This document shows, one piece after another, positions 24,988 to 25,637 of a stretch of 25,637 nt of DNA. The DNA is from Candidatus Omnitrophota bacterium (lineage in GTDB: Bacteria; Omnitrophota; Omnitrophia; Omnitrophales; Aquincolibacteriaceae): positions 1 to 25,637 of the forward strand of contig JAZDJU010000008.1 in NCBI GenBank assembly GCA_043803685.1. Direction: 5' to 3'. The stretch's first letter is position 1. Each line of letters starts with the position of its first letter. Position numbers and translations under genes: made by a program. A model generated the notes under the pieces. The model was not told the DNA's origin, searched no databases, and saw only the letters and a program-made list of their open reading frames with translations.

Positions 24988-25637
24988 ATGAAAAAGAACT
25001 TTTTATTCCTGCTCGCATTCCTCTTTATTGTTTCAATCGCCTATGCGGAGGAAAAGCTTCCGCCACTCCCCAAAGGACCGATGATCCTCACGAGCGCGAC
25101 TCCCGCGATGCAATCGGCGGATTACTGGATCCGGCGTATCCCCGGAGCTGAGAAACCCGTGAAGACCCTGGACCAGGTGAAGCATTTCAATGACGAGATC
25201 AAGCACATGGTGCCTGAGAATATCGACGTTCTGAAACTTGATAAATCGCGTGCCGGGAAGGATATCAGCGATCAGCTTCAGCTCGAATACAGTACGCTCA
25301 GGAACCGGAAACTTTTCGACGAGAACGACAAAACGGTGCCGAAGAGCTTTTTCGATGAAGAGATCAAGCCCCTTGTGCAGATCGATCAAGTGCCCGCGAA
25401 GATCAAAACGAAGTGGGGTGTGGCGACCCGCGCGACTTCTGTCCGCGCGATCCCGACGATGTTCAAGATGATCGAAGGTAAAGGGGACGTAGAGTTCGAT
25501 CAATTGCAATACACGCAGATCAAGCTTTGGACGCCCGTGGCAATCTATCACACATCGAGCGACGGCAAGTGGTTCTACGTTCAGGCGCCGTATGTCCGGG
25601 GGTGGGTCAAGGCAAAGGATGTCGCGCTTTTTGAGGG
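24988..25637 (+). CDS. Secreted SH3b-domain protein, probably an NlpC/P60 peptidoglycan endopeptidase; 3'-truncated and absent from the supplied ORF track
   Basis: Manual translation from ATG 24988 (GGAG at 24978-24981): signal peptide MKKNFLFLLAFLFIVSIAYA, then MQSADYWI...TSVRAIPT...FDQLQYTQIKLWTPVAIYHTSSDGKWFYVQAPYVRGWV. The frame stays open to the window end. The catalytic domain is not in the window. Confidence 0.78.
   Translation, partial: MKKNFLFLLAFLFIVSIAYAEEKLPPLPKGPMILTSATPAMQSADYWIRRIPGAEKPVKTLDQVKHFNDEIKHMVPENIDVLKLDKSRAGKDISDQLQLEYSTLRNRKLFDENDKTVPKSFFDEEIKPLVQIDQVPAKIKTKWGVATRATSVRAIPTMFKMIEGKGDVEFDQLQYTQIKLWTPVAIYHTSSDGKWFYVQAPYVRGWVKAKDVALFE

Noticed and set aside
25033..25551. 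172-aa minus-strand ORF at the window end
   Set aside because: It is antisense to a + strand ORF from 24988 that has an SD, a signal peptide and SH3b-type motifs.

Overview
Bacterial chromosomal window, almost entirely + strand, with gene content typical of an anaerobe. In order: a 5'-truncated glycogen/maltodextrin phosphorylase (glgP); a convergent MFS transporter; a soluble 4-PAS histidine kinase with a receiver-only response regulator; a structured ~200-nt leader followed by a stand-alone FMN-binding glutamate-synthase-like protein. Next is a ~10-kb nitrosative/Fe-S stress block: an apparently leaderless NsrR-like Rrf2 regulator with a 23-bp palindrome in its promoter, an orphan PTS Enzyme I, hcp, an uncharacterised radical SAM protein, nadA, ilvD, ferritin, flavodiiron protein FprA and a nitroreductase. 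After it come a stand-alone MEDS protein, a membrane-anchored class III cyclase with two external Cys-rich repeats, a cold-shock protein, typA, a cyclophilin lipoprotein, an HI0933/YhiN flavoprotein and a 3'-truncated secreted SH3b/NlpC-P60-type protein. Several intergenic gaps carry REP-like palindromes. I saw no rRNA, tRNA, CRISPR array or transposase. The best novelty candidates are (i) the Rrf2-EI-Hcp unit joined to the NO-sensitive [4Fe-4S] enzymes NadA and IlvD, (ii) a riboswitch-like leader with mutually exclusive anti-SD pairings upstream of the GltS-like gene, and (iii) the cyclase-TM-Cys-repeat receptor. All calls come from motif recognition by eye; no searches or folding programs were run.
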